The notes: generated by a model not told the origin, from the letters alone. A DNA stretch of 64,000 nucleotides from the human T2T-CHM13v2.0 reference genome, Homo sapiens (GCF_009914755.1 NC_060926.1); one strand, 5' to 3'; shown: positions 25,397-39,053, numbered from the stretch's first letter. Program-made: numbers and translations.

Positions 25397-25690
25397 CCCT
25401 GTGCTTCACAAAGTTTTCTGTCCCACACATCACATGGGGCTCTTGTTAAAGAGCAGATGCTGGTTCAGTAGGTCTGGGCTGGGGCCTGGGATTCTGCATT
25501 TTAATCCAGTTAATCCAGTTGATCTACTATTTCCTAAATTTAATAATCATCTGATTGACTGATGTACTTAAGTGTCCTCCCCAGCACCATGACTCAGATT
25601 TTCCTGGAAAATGGACCTTGAGAACAAGGAAGGTTACCTGGAACTTTTATCAGCCAGCTCACACAACGGACCAAGTTTGGGAAACGTTGA
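25397..25690. mobile_element. MER5A plus adjacent MER5-like hAT-Charlie MITE relic, within a MIR
   Basis: CTTGTTAAAGAGCAGATGCTGGTTCAGTAGGTCTGGGCTGGGGCCTGGGATTCTGCATTTT (MER5A); right end CAAGTTTGGGAAAC. Confidence 0.7.
25590..25609 (-). promoter_or_regulatory. NFAT:AP-1 composite overlapping a GAS (STAT) palindrome
   Basis: Minus strand GGAAA-ATC-TGAGTCA (25604-25590); TTCCTGGAA at 25601-25609. Confidence 0.5.
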
Positions 25691-26189
25691 AAACGGAGGC
25701 CTAAAGGAAAAGTGAGTTGCTAAAGTTGAAACTTGAACACAGAATCTCAAGCAAGTGCTTTTGCTAGTCTCAATGGAAATGAGATAACTAGAATAGAGGT
25801 TGGAGAACAATTCACAATACTCACAACAGGTTCCAGAAAGTGGACTCTAGCAGAAGGGATTATTTAGAGTTAGTGCTGGAGAACAGTCCTGGATTAGCAA
25901 AACAGGTCCTAGAAAACAACATACCCCGATGTTTTGTGAGGCAAACAAACCAGGTCAGACCAAATCACTGGCCATAAGGTATCTTTTCTGACAACCTAGC
26001 TGCTACTGAGGAAGCCCGTTTTCCTTGCCTCTCCCTTCATTTGCCTTCTGAGACCCTATTTACAAAAAAATCAACTCCTTCTTCTGGAAGCTGTATTCTA
26101 CAGAAAGGAGCCCCTTCATGGCTTCCCAAGATCCACTACGGCTTCCCAAAAGCTTCCTGACGTATTTTCACTCCACCCGTGATTTCCAG

Positions 26190-26734
26190 ATCACTCCAGA
26201 CCTGCAGAATCATCGTGTTCCTGTGTGGATTGTTCAACAAGGAAGATAATTTTGGAAATGTACCTGTTATTGCTCTTTTCTTGGTGAGTGATGGTCATCC
26301 AGGGGAGCTTGGATCGCTGAGGTTTGCGGGTGAACTGCAAACTCCTAAGCATTGGTACATACATTTAGGATGATACTGAGTAGACCAAATAAGCATTCTG
26401 TATACTTCAATTTCCTTTTGGGGAAATAGCAAACACATTTACTGCTCACCTTAAAGGACATTTAAAAAAAAAATTACAATACTTAAAAAATGTGAAATTA
26501 AAGAAACAACATACCCAACTTGCAGAACACTTGCTAGGAAATAATAACCAGTTAGACATCAATTTCTTTTTTCAGATTGGCTAATGGTGTTTGTGTACCT
26601 TTAGTGGGCTGCAGAAGGCAAAATGCATGCCACGCAATAGGCTTGGACATGTAGCTATCACCTTAGCAAAAGGCTTCTGTTCAAGCGTGGTGGGAGAGCC
26701 TGGGTCTTCCTTTCACACAATGATGCCTGCAGAG
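26190..26734 (+). ncRNA. Candidate spliced lncRNA segment: exons 26190-26283 and 26576-26734
   Basis: GATTTCCAG| ... TTG|GTGAGT; branch-like AATAAC 26543-26548, TTTCTTTTTTCAG| ... GAG|GTAAGC; second exon has stops in all three frames. Confidence 0.45.
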
Positions 26735-27599
26735 GTAAGCTGCTGTGTCTTTCTCCATAACTACTTGGCATATGCATCAAGAGCCTCAGAAATGCTCAAT
26801 GACTGGGGAACTTCTGGAAACCTGGCTTAAAGGAATAATTAGCAATGTGCAAAAGAGATCCAAAATGCCATCTCATTTACAAAAGAAAACTTTTGCATTA
26901 CATAAACATCTAAACACATAGAAATGGCTACATATATCATGAGCTTCATCTCAGGTAGGGTGTCATTTAGATTTAAATGACCATATAACATGTCGGGTTA
27001 TGCAGTCATTTAAAAATGTGGTGTGAGAAAATATGGAGCTTCTCACTTTGTTAAGTGGGATAAAAATAAGATCACATAAGCATAACCTAAGTACTTAAGT
27101 AGTCACAAAAAAGGGAAATTAGAATTACATATAAAAAATATTTTTTCATCAGTCAAATGGAGAAAAGAATGCCTATATTCTAGGGCAGTTTTAGGAAGTA
27201 TAGGCTAACTATGTAAAGCACCTAGCACAGTGTTCACTATGTTATATTATCAAAAATAATCCATGATAATTACATTAACAACCGTAATTAACACTTGCCA
27301 TTGATACTGGAATTGTTTTTCTTTTCTGTTATATAATTTGTCTCTGTTTTCTCCTCTGAGTTTTATACAGTCATAAAATATTGCCTTTAGAAACAGAAAT
27401 GCCACTATTTATACTTTTAAAAATTACTATGGACAGAACATGTGGGTTCTCTTCACAGCTCTCTCTACTTCAGCTCTGTCCTAAAGAAAGAATCCCTGTC
27501 TTGAGCTTAACCCTCAGTTGTCTGGCATTCACAGGGTTAACAGCCAGTCTCCAGCAACCCCTCCCTACCCCAAGACAAGCTGTGATCTTCTCACTGCAA

Positions 27600-27910
27600 G
27601 TCTATCCCCAACCAATCCCCAAACACAAAAGCCCAGAATGAAAGGAGTGGGGGTGGGGCGCTCGCTGTGTGGCTTTTCTCTGTTTTTCAACATAAAAAAA
27701 AATGAGAAGAGAAAGCAAAATCTCCTTTTGAAAAAATAAATGCTAAATGCTAGGCTTTTTCTCCTCTCCCCAAGTAGCTGGCCTTATTAAATAGGGATTC
27801 ATCAATGTTTTTTGTTGTCTCAAGTAAGATACTATTTATTGGGTGCACAAAAGCAGATAAAGCCACAAATGAGTTGCCTGGTCACTCTTGCCAACAGGAA
27901 GATGCACATA
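27600..27910. promoter_or_regulatory. Candidate enhancer/promoter motif cluster
   Basis: CCAAT 27612, GGGGTGGGGCG 27650, CTATTTATTG 27832, AGATAA 27855, ACAGGAAG 27894 in apparently repeat-free DNA. Confidence 0.35.
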
Positions 27911-28586
27911 ACATGCAAGAGGCATCCTCCTCTCCTGTTCACTGAATGCATTTCAAAGGGCCTTAAATCTTTGTGTCACAGGGATCAGCTTATGGTTAAG
28001 CAGAGCACAGTATGCAAGGTGCTGGGAGAAGGTTGGCTGGCAGATGGTGGCTGGTTTCTCTCTCTTTTCTCTTCCTCCCTTCTCACTTTCTCCCTTCCCT
28101 TCTCCCACTTTCTTTCACACAAGTCCCTGTATCAGTGGCCCGTGGCCCTCTCTGTGACACAACAGACTCTGGCGTGCACAGATGAATCTCCCTGAGTTCA
28201 TCTATATTTTCAGCCTTGTGAAAAAAAGAATCTGTGAGAGCTACCTCACCTTCAAGCTTCTATAGAAAGGAGGATTTAAATTTCTATTCAAAACAGAGCT
28301 TGTTATAATTGAGAACAAGATTCTCCTCCCTGAGGCACTTTGAGTCAATTAATTGGCTTTTTTGAAGTGTTAATAGGGAAAAAAAATTTTGACCTTTTCC
28401 AGGGCTTTTTCATGGAGCTATTGAAGAAAATTGCTGGGCTATTAACCAAACCAATTCTGGGGCCACAGAGCCCCCAAGAGCTGAGTACTCTTGGGGATGA
28501 TTGAAATACAAAACATGGTTAATTCATTCATCATATCAGAAAAAGCACCCATTTGATTAAGAGACTATTTTTACACTACCCCGTGG

Positions 28587-28591
28587 GTGTG

Positions 28592-28650
<59 letters not shown>
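28587..28650. repeat. Compound (GT)n(GA)n microsatellite
   Basis: About 25 GT units then GA units. Confidence 0.97.
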
Positions 28651-28748
28651 AAGAAAGCAACCAAGGCAACATGTTGCAAACTTTAATGCAGCAAGAAGAT
28701 ATCCTTAGAAATAGACTCTCTCCATATTATAAATTAAAACAAAAAGAA

Positions 28749-29059
28749 GGCAGGGTGTGGTGGCTCACACCTGTAATTCCATTTGTTTAGGAGGCTGAGG
28801 CAGGTGAATCATCTGAGGTCAGGAGTTCAAGACCAGCCTGGCCAATATGGTGAAACCCAGTGTCTACCAAAAATACAGAAAAAACTAGCCGGATGTGGTG
28901 GTGCTCGCCTGTAGTCCCAGCTACTCTGGAGACTGAGGTAGGAGAATTGCTTAAACCCAGGAGGCGGAGATTGCAGTGAGCCGAGGTTGTGCCACTTGCC
29001 CTCCAGCCTGAGTGACAGAGCAAGACTCTGCCCACCCCCACAAAAAATAAATAAATAAA
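28749..29059 (+). mobile_element. AluS (Sx/Sz-like)
   Basis: Full dimer with (TAAA)n tail; TSD TAAAACAAAAAG on both sides. Confidence 0.95.
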
Positions 29060-30363
29060 TAAAACAAAAAGGAAAAGAAAACTATTGAGAAACTAAACTC
29101 AAGAGAAGAGTGCTCAAGAAATGGGATCCAGTAGATACAACTCTGGTTTAAGGTTTTTCCAGACACCCAAGAGTTCCCAACATCTCTAAAGTCAAGGTGG
29201 GTATAGTTGGTCAATTTATGTCAGTAGATACAATCTGTGTAATTTTAGCCTCATCTGTGAGAAAGCTGAAAAAATTATTTTGAACTTTTTTATAATTTCT
29301 ATTCTGTAGGTACCCATGCAAATCCTGAGAATAATTTTTATTTTCTGTGATTAACACACACAAAAACCAAAGAGAACAGAAGGGTTTTACCACTTATTTT
29401 TTCCTCCCATAGGCTTCTGCTCATGGTACTTTGAAAAAAACAAGCAGCAACACCAAAGTTGTACAGGCTTCACAGGGCACTCTATTACAGGAACAGATGG
29501 TCATATAAATGAGAACTTGATTTCACTGCAAGAAAACCTTCCATTCATCTCCCATAGTTTGGGAATGGGGTGATTGGATTAATTAAATATTCTGGTAAGC
29601 AGTGAGGATCCATTTATCCACAATGGATTACCATTTTTAAAAAATGTACATCACCAGTAAGTACACTGTGCATGGGCTCAATGGAACACAGTCTCATCCT
29701 TCACAATGTGGCTCAGAACAGAACTCAGACTCATCAATTCAGTGACAGCAGGGCCAGCAAGGCTTGAGTGCTAAATAGCTCCATTTGGTGAACACTGAAG
29801 CTTCATTGTACTAATGACATAGGGAAAACCTAGGAGCGAGCCCAAGCTGATGAAATGCTAGAGGAAGGACTAGGATAGCAGGAAAACTTAGATACATTTC
29901 TAAAAAGGAACAAGATTGATAAGAGGGAGCTAGCATGGAAGAGGTGAAAACTGAATTCTAACATCTACAAAAAAAACCTACAACAAACATCATACTTAAT
30001 GGTGAAAAACAAGAAGCTTCTCCACTAAAATCAGGAACAAGGCAAGGATATTTCTTCTCAACTGCTTTCCAACACTGTATTGAAAGTCCTAACTAATTCA
30101 ATAAGGTAAGAAAAGAAAAGAAAATGATATACGTATTTGGAAGGAAGAAATGAAATGGTCTTTGTTTGCAGATTACCTGATTGTCTATGTAGAAAATCTG
30201 AAAGATTAAACAAAGCAATTCCTGGAACTAATAAGCAATTATAGCAAGGTTGCAGGATGCAAGGTTAATATACGAAAGTCAATAACTCTCCTATGCACCA
30301 ATGATGAATAAGTGAAACCTAAAATGCTTAGGTATAAACCTAACAAATTATGTACAATATCTA

Positions 30364-30710
30364 TATCTTAGGCAGTTTAGGCTGCTATAATGGGACACCA
30401 TAAAATAGGTGGCTTATAAACAACAACAAATTCTTTCTCATAATTTTGGAGGCTGTAAAGTCCAAGATCAAAATGCTGGCAGATTTGCCATCTCATGAGT
30501 GCCTGCTTCTTTCTGTATTCTCACCTGATGGAAGGGGGAAGAGAGCTCTTAAGAGTTTCTTTTATGAAGGCCTTAGTCCTATCTTTGAGGGCTTTGCCCT
30601 CATCACCTAATCACCTGCTGAAGGATTCACCCCCCAATACCATCATTGTGGGGGTCTTTCAACATATAAATTTTGAGGGGAGGAGTAGCACAAACATTCA
30701 GTCTATAACA
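30364..30710 (-). mobile_element. MLT1A-type MaLR solo LTR nested in L1
   Basis: TATCTTAGGCAGTTTAGGCTGCTATAA ... CACAAACATTCAGTCTATAACA; TSD ATCTA/ATTTA. Confidence 0.9.
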
Positions 30711-31393
30711 ATTTATATGAAAAAAACTAAAACTCAAACCAAATAAAGAACTAAATTAACAAAGAGATATTCCAAGTTCAGGAATAGAAAGATGCGATAT
30801 TTTCAAGCTTTAATTTCTTTCCAACTTGATCTATAGATTCAATGAAATCCCAGTCAAATTCCCAGTGAGTTATTTTTTGATATCGACAAAATGATTCTAA
30901 AGTTTATATGGAGAGAAAAAAGACCCAGAATAGCCAACTCAACATTGAAAGAGAATACCAATGTCTGAGAGCTGCCACTGTCAACTTCAAGACTAAAGCT
31001 ACAGTCAACAATCAAAATAGTGTAGCACTGGTGAACAAAAGACAAATAGATCAGTTGGATGGAATACAGAGCCAAGAAATAGACTCATATAAATATAGTC
31101 ACCTAATCTTTGACAAAGACGCAAAGACAAAACAATGGTGCAAAGACAGTATTTTCAACAAACAGTACTGGAGCAACTGGATATCCTAAAGCCAAAACTG
31201 AATCTAGACACGGACCTGACACCCTTTTAGAAAACTGACTCAAAATGGACCATAAACCTAGATGTAAAGCATAAAAATATTAAAGTCCTAAAAGATAACA
31301 TAGGAGAAAACTTAGCTAACTTTAGGTATAGCAATAAATTTTTTAATACACCACCAAAGGCATTATTCATGAAAGAAATAATTTATAAGCTGA

Positions 31394-31688
<295 letters not shown>

Positions 31689-33204
31689 AATAAGCTGAAT
31701 TTTATTAAAATTAAAAATGTTTATAAAAGGCACTGTCAAGAGTGTGAGAAGACAAATCAAAGACTGAGAAAAACATTTGCACAAGTCATGTCTTTCACGT
31801 CTTACAAAGAGCTGTTATCCAAAACATACAAAAAAACTCTTAAAACTAAACAATAAAACATGAACAAACTGAAAAGACCTTAAGAGACATCTTACCAAGG
31901 AAAATATAACAGATGGAAAGTGTGTATACAAAAAGTTGCTCAACATCATATGTCATCAGGAAGATGCAAATTAAAACCACAGTGGGATACCACTATACAC
32001 TACACTATGAGTACACAAAACACTAACACCACCAGATTCTGGAGAGGATGTGGAGCAACAGGAACTTTCGTTTATTGCTGGTGGAAATGCAAAATAGTAC
32101 AGCCATTTTGAAAGCCAGTTCAGCAGTTCCTTACAAAACTAAATGTACTCTTCCCATGTGATCCAGCAAAGCAGTCACGTTCCTGGCTATCTACACATAA
32201 GAGTTGAAAATTTATGTCCACATAATAACCTGCACACAGATGTTTATAGCAGATTTATTCATGACAGCCAAAACTTAGAAGCAACCAAAATGTATTTTAG
32301 TACATAAATAAACAAATAATTTAGGGCATATCCAGAAGAAGGAATATTGTTCAGCACTAAAGAAAAAAAAAGATTGAGCTATTAAGCCATGAAAAGACAT
32401 CGGGGAAACTTAAATGCATACTACTCAGTAAAGAAGCCATTCTGAAAAGGCTACATACTGACTGATCCCAATTATATGATATTCTAGAAAAGGCAAAACT
32501 ATGGAGATAATAAAAATGTCAGTGGTTGCCCAGGGTTTGGGGGAGAAAAAATAAATAGGCAGAGCCAAAGCATTTTCAGGGCAGTGAAACTACTCTGTAT
32601 GACACTATAATAATGGATATACATCACTATACATTTGTCCAAATTCACAGAATATAGAACACTAAGAATGAATCTTAATGTAAACTAGGGACTTTTGGTG
32701 ATGTGTCAATGTAGGCTCATCAATTGCAACAAATGCACCGCTGTGGTGGGGGACTTTGGTAATAAGGGAGGCTGTGCATGTTTGGGAACAGTGGGCCTAT
32801 GGGAACTCCCTGTACTTTCCACTCAATTACACTGTGAACCTAAGACTTCTTTAAAAATAAAGTATGTTCAAAGACAACAAGAACAACTGAACTCTCACCT
32901 GATCCAATAGGATGCAGGGAAAAAAGACAGACCTGTCAAAGTCAAGGGGGACTGTGGTAGGATGTGTCTGACTCACTCTCAGCCCCTAAATTAACATCCC
33001 TGGAGGGGTTTTTATTGAAGAATGAGGAACGAGAAGATATAGGAACCATCATTCCAGGTAATGGGGGTGGGAGGGTGACGCCCTCTCCAGCACATTTCCT
33101 CTAGAACCCAGAATGAGGATGCTTCCTGAGTTAGCTGCAGGGACATCAGTGAGGGTTTGTGCCATGGAATGGTCCCCAGGATGGGTGTGTGGATCTGACA
33201 TTCA

Positions 33205-33371
33205 CGGAGCCTGAGTAATTTATGTAGCCTCTCTGAACCTTAGTTTTTTTCATCTACAAAATGAGGCAGCGATGTAATGGTTACCCTGGATTGTTAAGTC
33301 AGGAAAACAGAAAAACAGGCAGAATGCTCAGCCTCCTGTCTGGCTAGACCAAGTTCTCAATAAATGGCAGC
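33205..33371 (+). mobile_element. MIR SINE
   Basis: CCTCTCTGAACCTTAGTTTTTTCATCTACAAAATGAGG...TCTCAATAAATGGCAGC. Confidence 0.8.
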
Positions 33372-33732
33372 TAATATGGTTTGGCTGTGTTCCCACCCAG
33401 ATCTCATCTTGAATTGTAGTTCCTATAATCCCCACATGTGGTGGGAGGGATCAGGTGGAGATAATTGAATCATGGGGGAGGTTTCCACTATCCTGTTCTC
33501 ATGACAGTGAGTAAGTTCTCATGAGATATGATGGTTTTATAACAGGCTTCCCCCTTTACTCAGCTCTCATTTTTCTTCTCCCTGCTGCCATGTCCACCAT
33601 GTCCACCATGACTGTAAGTTTTCTGAGACCTCCCCAGCCATGCTGAACTGTGGGTCAATTAAACCTTTTTCATTTATAAATTACCCAGTCTCGAGTATGT
33701 CTTTATTAGCAGAGTGAGAATGAACTAATACA
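33372..33732 (+). mobile_element. THE1B/C MaLR solo LTR
   Basis: TAATATGGTTTGGCTGTGTTCCCACCCAGATCTCATCTTGAATTGTAG ... TTACCCAGTCTCGAGTATGTCTTTATTAGCAG...CTAATACA; TSD GCAGC/GCTGC. Confidence 0.95.
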
Positions 33733-34204
33733 GCTGCTTTCATTGTTATCCACCTGCAAGGACAGCAAAAGGAATTTCCCCAACAATCAGAGAGAATCTA
33801 CAGTCTTTGGGATAGGCCACGTGCCTAGGTGTTGAGAGAGTTTTCTATACAGCTGTCTGCACAGCTCCAGCCTATTCCAAGACTAAACCCCTCATCTTAT
33901 CAGGACTCTTGTTGTTGAAAAAGCTGATTCCTCTTTGCTTCATCTCAGGCTCCTACTCCTAGATGGCCATCCCCTCTCTGGGACTCCATCTCTTCCAGCC
34001 AGGCTTCCCAAATGCTGGCTGCTAACACATGGACTCCTGTTCCCCTTTTCCTGCCTTTCACCTGCCCACTGCTGGCTGACCACAACATGCTCTGGGGATT
34101 GCTGTGCTCCCTCTCACTGTGTAAAGCAAGGGCTTGCTACACCCCCATTTCAATCACTTTGAGCAGCAGACACCACGGTTTCTTTCTTTGATTTCTGCCT
34201 TGCA

Positions 34205-34375
34205 GAAACCATGCTATCTGGTTTAATCTTCTCAACAAAATTTTTGAGATTAGTAGTGTTTTTTCCATTGTAGAGATATGAAACAGAATTTAGAAAAGTA
34301 GGAGACTTGTCTAGAACCACAAATTCTGTAAAGAGCAGACACAGAATTTGAACCAACTGTATCTGTTAAGCCCGT
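34205..34375 (-). mobile_element. MIR SINE
   Basis: TTTAATCTTCTCAACAA...GACTTGTCTAGAACCAC...CAGAATTTGAACC. Confidence 0.75.
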
Positions 34376-37300
34376 GTTGTGCCTGCAGTGGCGAGATGCA
34401 GTACACATGATCTACCCTCCAGTGTCTAGCATCCTCCAGTAGTCACTGCTGACTCCTGACCCTTAGAGGGAGACTCCAGAGAAAGCACTTTGTATACAAC
34501 AGACCCCCCAAGCATGCTGGCCTAAGGAGCTCTCTCAGGTGGCCTATGTCAAGTTCAAAAAAGGAGAAAAGCAAAGACAAGAAACAGTTGCTATGAAATA
34601 TCTCCCTTTGGTTTCTAACGACATGTCTATTAGCAATCATCCTGGTAGTAATTGATCATAAAATCCAATTGTTGGCTGGCCCCATGCACCTCATATCATA
34701 ATGACAACACTGGGAAAATGACCAACAGCGTACTTCTGCCAGCCCTGTAAATCCATTCTGTATTTCCAGAGTAAGAACATCCCATAAAAGGCGGGAACTG
34801 TAAAAGCTCATGAGGAAGAAATAAACATGTAACAATAGAACACAGATGGACAGTTGTGCTGGGAAGCAGCTGCACAGGGAAAGAAGAGAATTGAGCTCTC
34901 GGGTTGTTTTTGGAAGAGCCGAGTACACATCTTGAACTTCCACGCCTGTCTCCAACCCAGGTCTGAGATGGTGTCTTATGTTTCCCAGGGGTTTAAAAAT
35001 GCAGTGAGAAAAGACTTGGCATATATCTTAGCAACCATGTGGGCTTGGGAACCAGGCAAAGTTGCAGCTCTGCACTTACCAGCTGATGCACCTTGCTCAA
35101 GTCACCACCCCTTCCTGTGTCTCAGTTTTCTGGTCTGTAAACTGGTTGTGATACTTCATTATGGTGAAACCTCATTAGGCAGTACTGTCGATGCTGCACA
35201 GATCTTTGTCACTGAAAAGTTGCATGTATCCTATAGCTGTCATTTTACTTATGCCATGCAACAACCTAAAGAAAGGAAGAAAACATCTAGCAGCAGAACC
35301 GTGACTTTCTAGTACCCAGAGCTGGCGCAGGGGAGGTCAGAGCCAGATGGGGGGCATGGCTCATCCTGGCCCCAGAATCCAGTCTTGGGGAAGCATGTAA
35401 ACAGGGAGGCTGCAGAAAGACACTATCTGTGCAAGCGGGCAGTGTACCTGTGTCCACAGCACAGGCAGCACGTGAGAGCAGAGCCCCCCAAAAAGAGCGC
35501 TGCCCATGGAGGGCTGTGAGCAGATGGACTCTAATGACACCATCCCGTTTCCAAGGTTGAACCCTATGGGAGGACAGACTCATGCAGCCCATAAAGATCA
35601 AGTCATCTGACCAATAAATAAATAAATAAATAAAAGGGAAAAAAAAAAAAAAACCAAGATGGAAACCTAGATCCACAACGGGAAAGTGACTTGTGCAGGG
35701 AACCTGTGGTGCCCAGTGTGGGTGGCAACTCTTCCCTCATCCATGCAGCTTGGCCCTACCTTGATCATCGTCCTTTTTAGCATGAATTTATCAATTGCCC
35801 AGTATTTTCAATGGACTATAGAGGGTACAGAGAAAAGAAAAGTGAGTAATGGCATCTATATTCAAAAGATGCTGCAGAGACAGCTCCCCACGCCCAGCCT
35901 GCCTTGAGAAAAAGAAGCCACAAGAAAACTCATGCTTACAGCACAGACTAGGTGTTGAAGGCAGGTGGTGCAGAAACTTAGGAGGAGCGGCACTGAAGAC
36001 TAAGGAGGTCCAGAGACCATAGAAAAGTTATTGGGAGAAGGAAGGACTTGAGCCGGTATTTGAGGAACATTGTTAAGGTCTAGACTGACAGATTAAGAGA
36101 GGAAGATCACCTCGGACAAACAGCCGACAGGAGTCTCTGCCCCTTGGAAGCAGCTCTAGCAGGCTGTTGTGTAATGGAAATGCTGACTTTCACTTATACA
36201 GTACATTTCTATAAAATTATCAATACGAGAAGCTGTCTAAAAAGGAGTGAGGTATTTTTTCATCAGTGAAGAGGCTGGTTGCATGTGCTATTTCTTCCTA
36301 GAAAGCAGGAACTGGGTCCAGAATTGGTCTGGCTTCAGAAAACAAAAAAGCCGTTGCCAAGTCTAGGGTTTGTACAGCTCTCCAGTGGAGTTATGAAAAG
36401 CCCGGTTAGAACATAAAGAACGGTCTGTTCTGTGGGAGGCAATACAGCTTCACCGAGGGGAGAGGGAAAGTAAGCCTGTATCAGTCATATTTCCATCCCT
36501 GGGAGACCATTAGGAGAAATTCAATTAAAACCCATGACTTCTACCAAATCTCTATGGCCAGTTTGAAGAGACTAATTCTTAGAAAAAGCTGACTCCAGCA
36601 TTATCTGTCTTTAGCTGAGCTGTTATGAAAAGAATATAAGAGTAACAAAAAAAATGGTATGTGCTTTTATTAAAACAAAACATAACAACAACATAATGCT
36701 GTTGCAGAAACTTGGAGATGCTGCAAATGTAGGTCTGTTCTGCTTGTTGGCTTTACCTCTCTCTCGTTCCTCCCTTCTTCCTCCTCATTCTTCATCTTTC
36801 TTCCTCATTCTAAGCAGAACATTTACAAAATTCAGGCTTTCTGTAGGGTGAAGAGCTGAGCTTCAGTTCTTCTCTGGGGCAGAATATTAGCAAGGACAGT
36901 GAGCTTAGTTTTGACTGATTCTGGCATCTTCACAAAGCAAAAACCAAAGTATTGACGTAAGAAAACTGGATTGGGAGTTGGGAAAGGTTATGACTTAATG
37001 ATAAAGGAATTAAAGAGACACATTGGCATTATTTTTTTCTCCTGACACCTGCACAATGCCAAAAGATAAATCAGAACAGAAAACATTAAAATTGGAAAGG
37101 AACTTAGAGACCACCTAGTCAAGGGATGACAGATTCCACAGCCAGTACCATCTCTAAGGTATTGGCATTGATAATCGCTTCTCTCTGGAACTTTGTGTTG
37201 AGTAGGATTCTGAGGCTCAAGTTAAACTCACCAGGATTGACTCTTCTGATCAGAGAGCAATGCCTAGTCTTAGAGAACAGAAGAGGCAGGGTCCGCATCT

Positions 37301-37404
37301 GGTATTAGCATTCTTTATTTAGTTCAACAAAGTCACATGGAGACAATATGTTACATCCTGACTTTAAACATTAGTTCAGAGAAGAAAAGTTGCTGAGATC
37401 CCTG

Positions 37405-37720
37405 CTGCAGTTATCCACGACTACATAACAAACCACTACCAAACTTTGCGTCCTAACAACAGTGATTTATTATTTTGCACAGCCTTGTGGATAATGAGCT
37501 TAGGGTGCAGGTTGGGGAGACTGGTGGTTCTCACATGATAACTCAGAGCTCCCAAGAAAGCAAATGTGGAAGCATCTAGACCTCTTAAGGCCCTGTCTAG
37601 AATTGTCTGGGCAGCATTTTCATCACATTCCACTGGTAAAGGTGTTCTTACCTTGTATGTGCCTGCAGGGATGAGAGAATTTTGGCCATCTTTGCAGATA
37701 ATCCACCACAGTCCCTCCAT
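37405..37720 (-). mobile_element. Old MLT1 (J/K-like) LTR relic
   Basis: AGTTATCCACGACTACATAACAAACCACTACCAAACTT...TGGCCATCTTTGCAGATAATCCACCACA. Confidence 0.6.
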
Positions 37721-38752
37721 GCTGCCTTCATGCAGCAGGTAGGTGAGTACTCCACAGGCTTTGCCACCCAGAACAGGGAAGCCAAACTGTCAATCTCAAG
37801 TCCCTAATCTGTGACCTGCTTATAATTCTTACTCCACAGTTATCATGGTGAAGACCAACGAGATGATGAACATGTAGCACATATCTGTATCACGAGAATT
37901 CCACGAGAAGAGCTCAAACTTTTATCATTTCATTTATGCCTGTTAGCATGGAAAAAGAGGCTGAGAAGGGAAGATGGTGACAAGGAATTGCTAAGCAGCA
38001 GGTCACATGGGTCACCCAGCGTGGACCGGCCTGAACACAGCTTCCATGTCCCCACTCTTGCCAATGTTCTCATGTGGACACAGCTGGCTTTGTTACATCA
38101 GAATGAAGGCCTCCCTTATGATGGCTCAGTGTTTCCATAGAAATGTCCAAGGAACATGATTATAGAGTCAGTCCATTCATTAACACAGAGGGTTAGGGGT
38201 TGGGAAAATCATCTAATCCAACAGCCTTATTTTGAAAATGAAGTTTCCAAGCCCTAGACGTTCATGGAAGCTCATGAAAGGCTCCTAATCACAGTGCCCT
38301 TTCCGCGGTAACATGGGCTCCTTATTTAGTTCCATTCAGAAAACCTGAAGAGAGGCCTCCCTGGCCAACGGTAGTGGGGATTAGAAGCAGTCCGTTTCTG
38401 TTAATATTTATATTCTATTTTAATAAAGCCTGGCTTCTTACAATCAAGTGCAACCTAATTTGTCCAGAGCCGACACTCCCGAGTGTACAGAATCCCCATT
38501 TGATTTTGCTGTTTGGAACGTTATCCACTCAATGGTTTCTCTAAACAACAGTGAAAGTCCCCATCCACCATGAACCTGCAGAGCATAACTGGATATTTTC
38601 TGGCCAGTTGGCTCATTGCCTACAGCAGAAATCTTCAAGCAGAAGCTACTGAAACAAGGACACTAATTTGCTAAGCCAGGAAGTTTTTCAAAGTCCATGA
38701 TCCAGAAACACCAAAAATAGAAAAACCAACACAAAAATAAACAAATAGAAAA

Positions 38753-39053
<301 letters not shown>

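Noticed and set aside
30908-31189. 93-aa ORF with real protein similarity
   Set aside because: Decayed L1 ORF2p fragment in a frameshifted, interrupted element; not a gene.
34854-35312. Longest ORF (152 aa)
   Set aside because: Non-ATG start, runs through a MIR core (LCLSFLVCK), no domain, no supporting splice structure.
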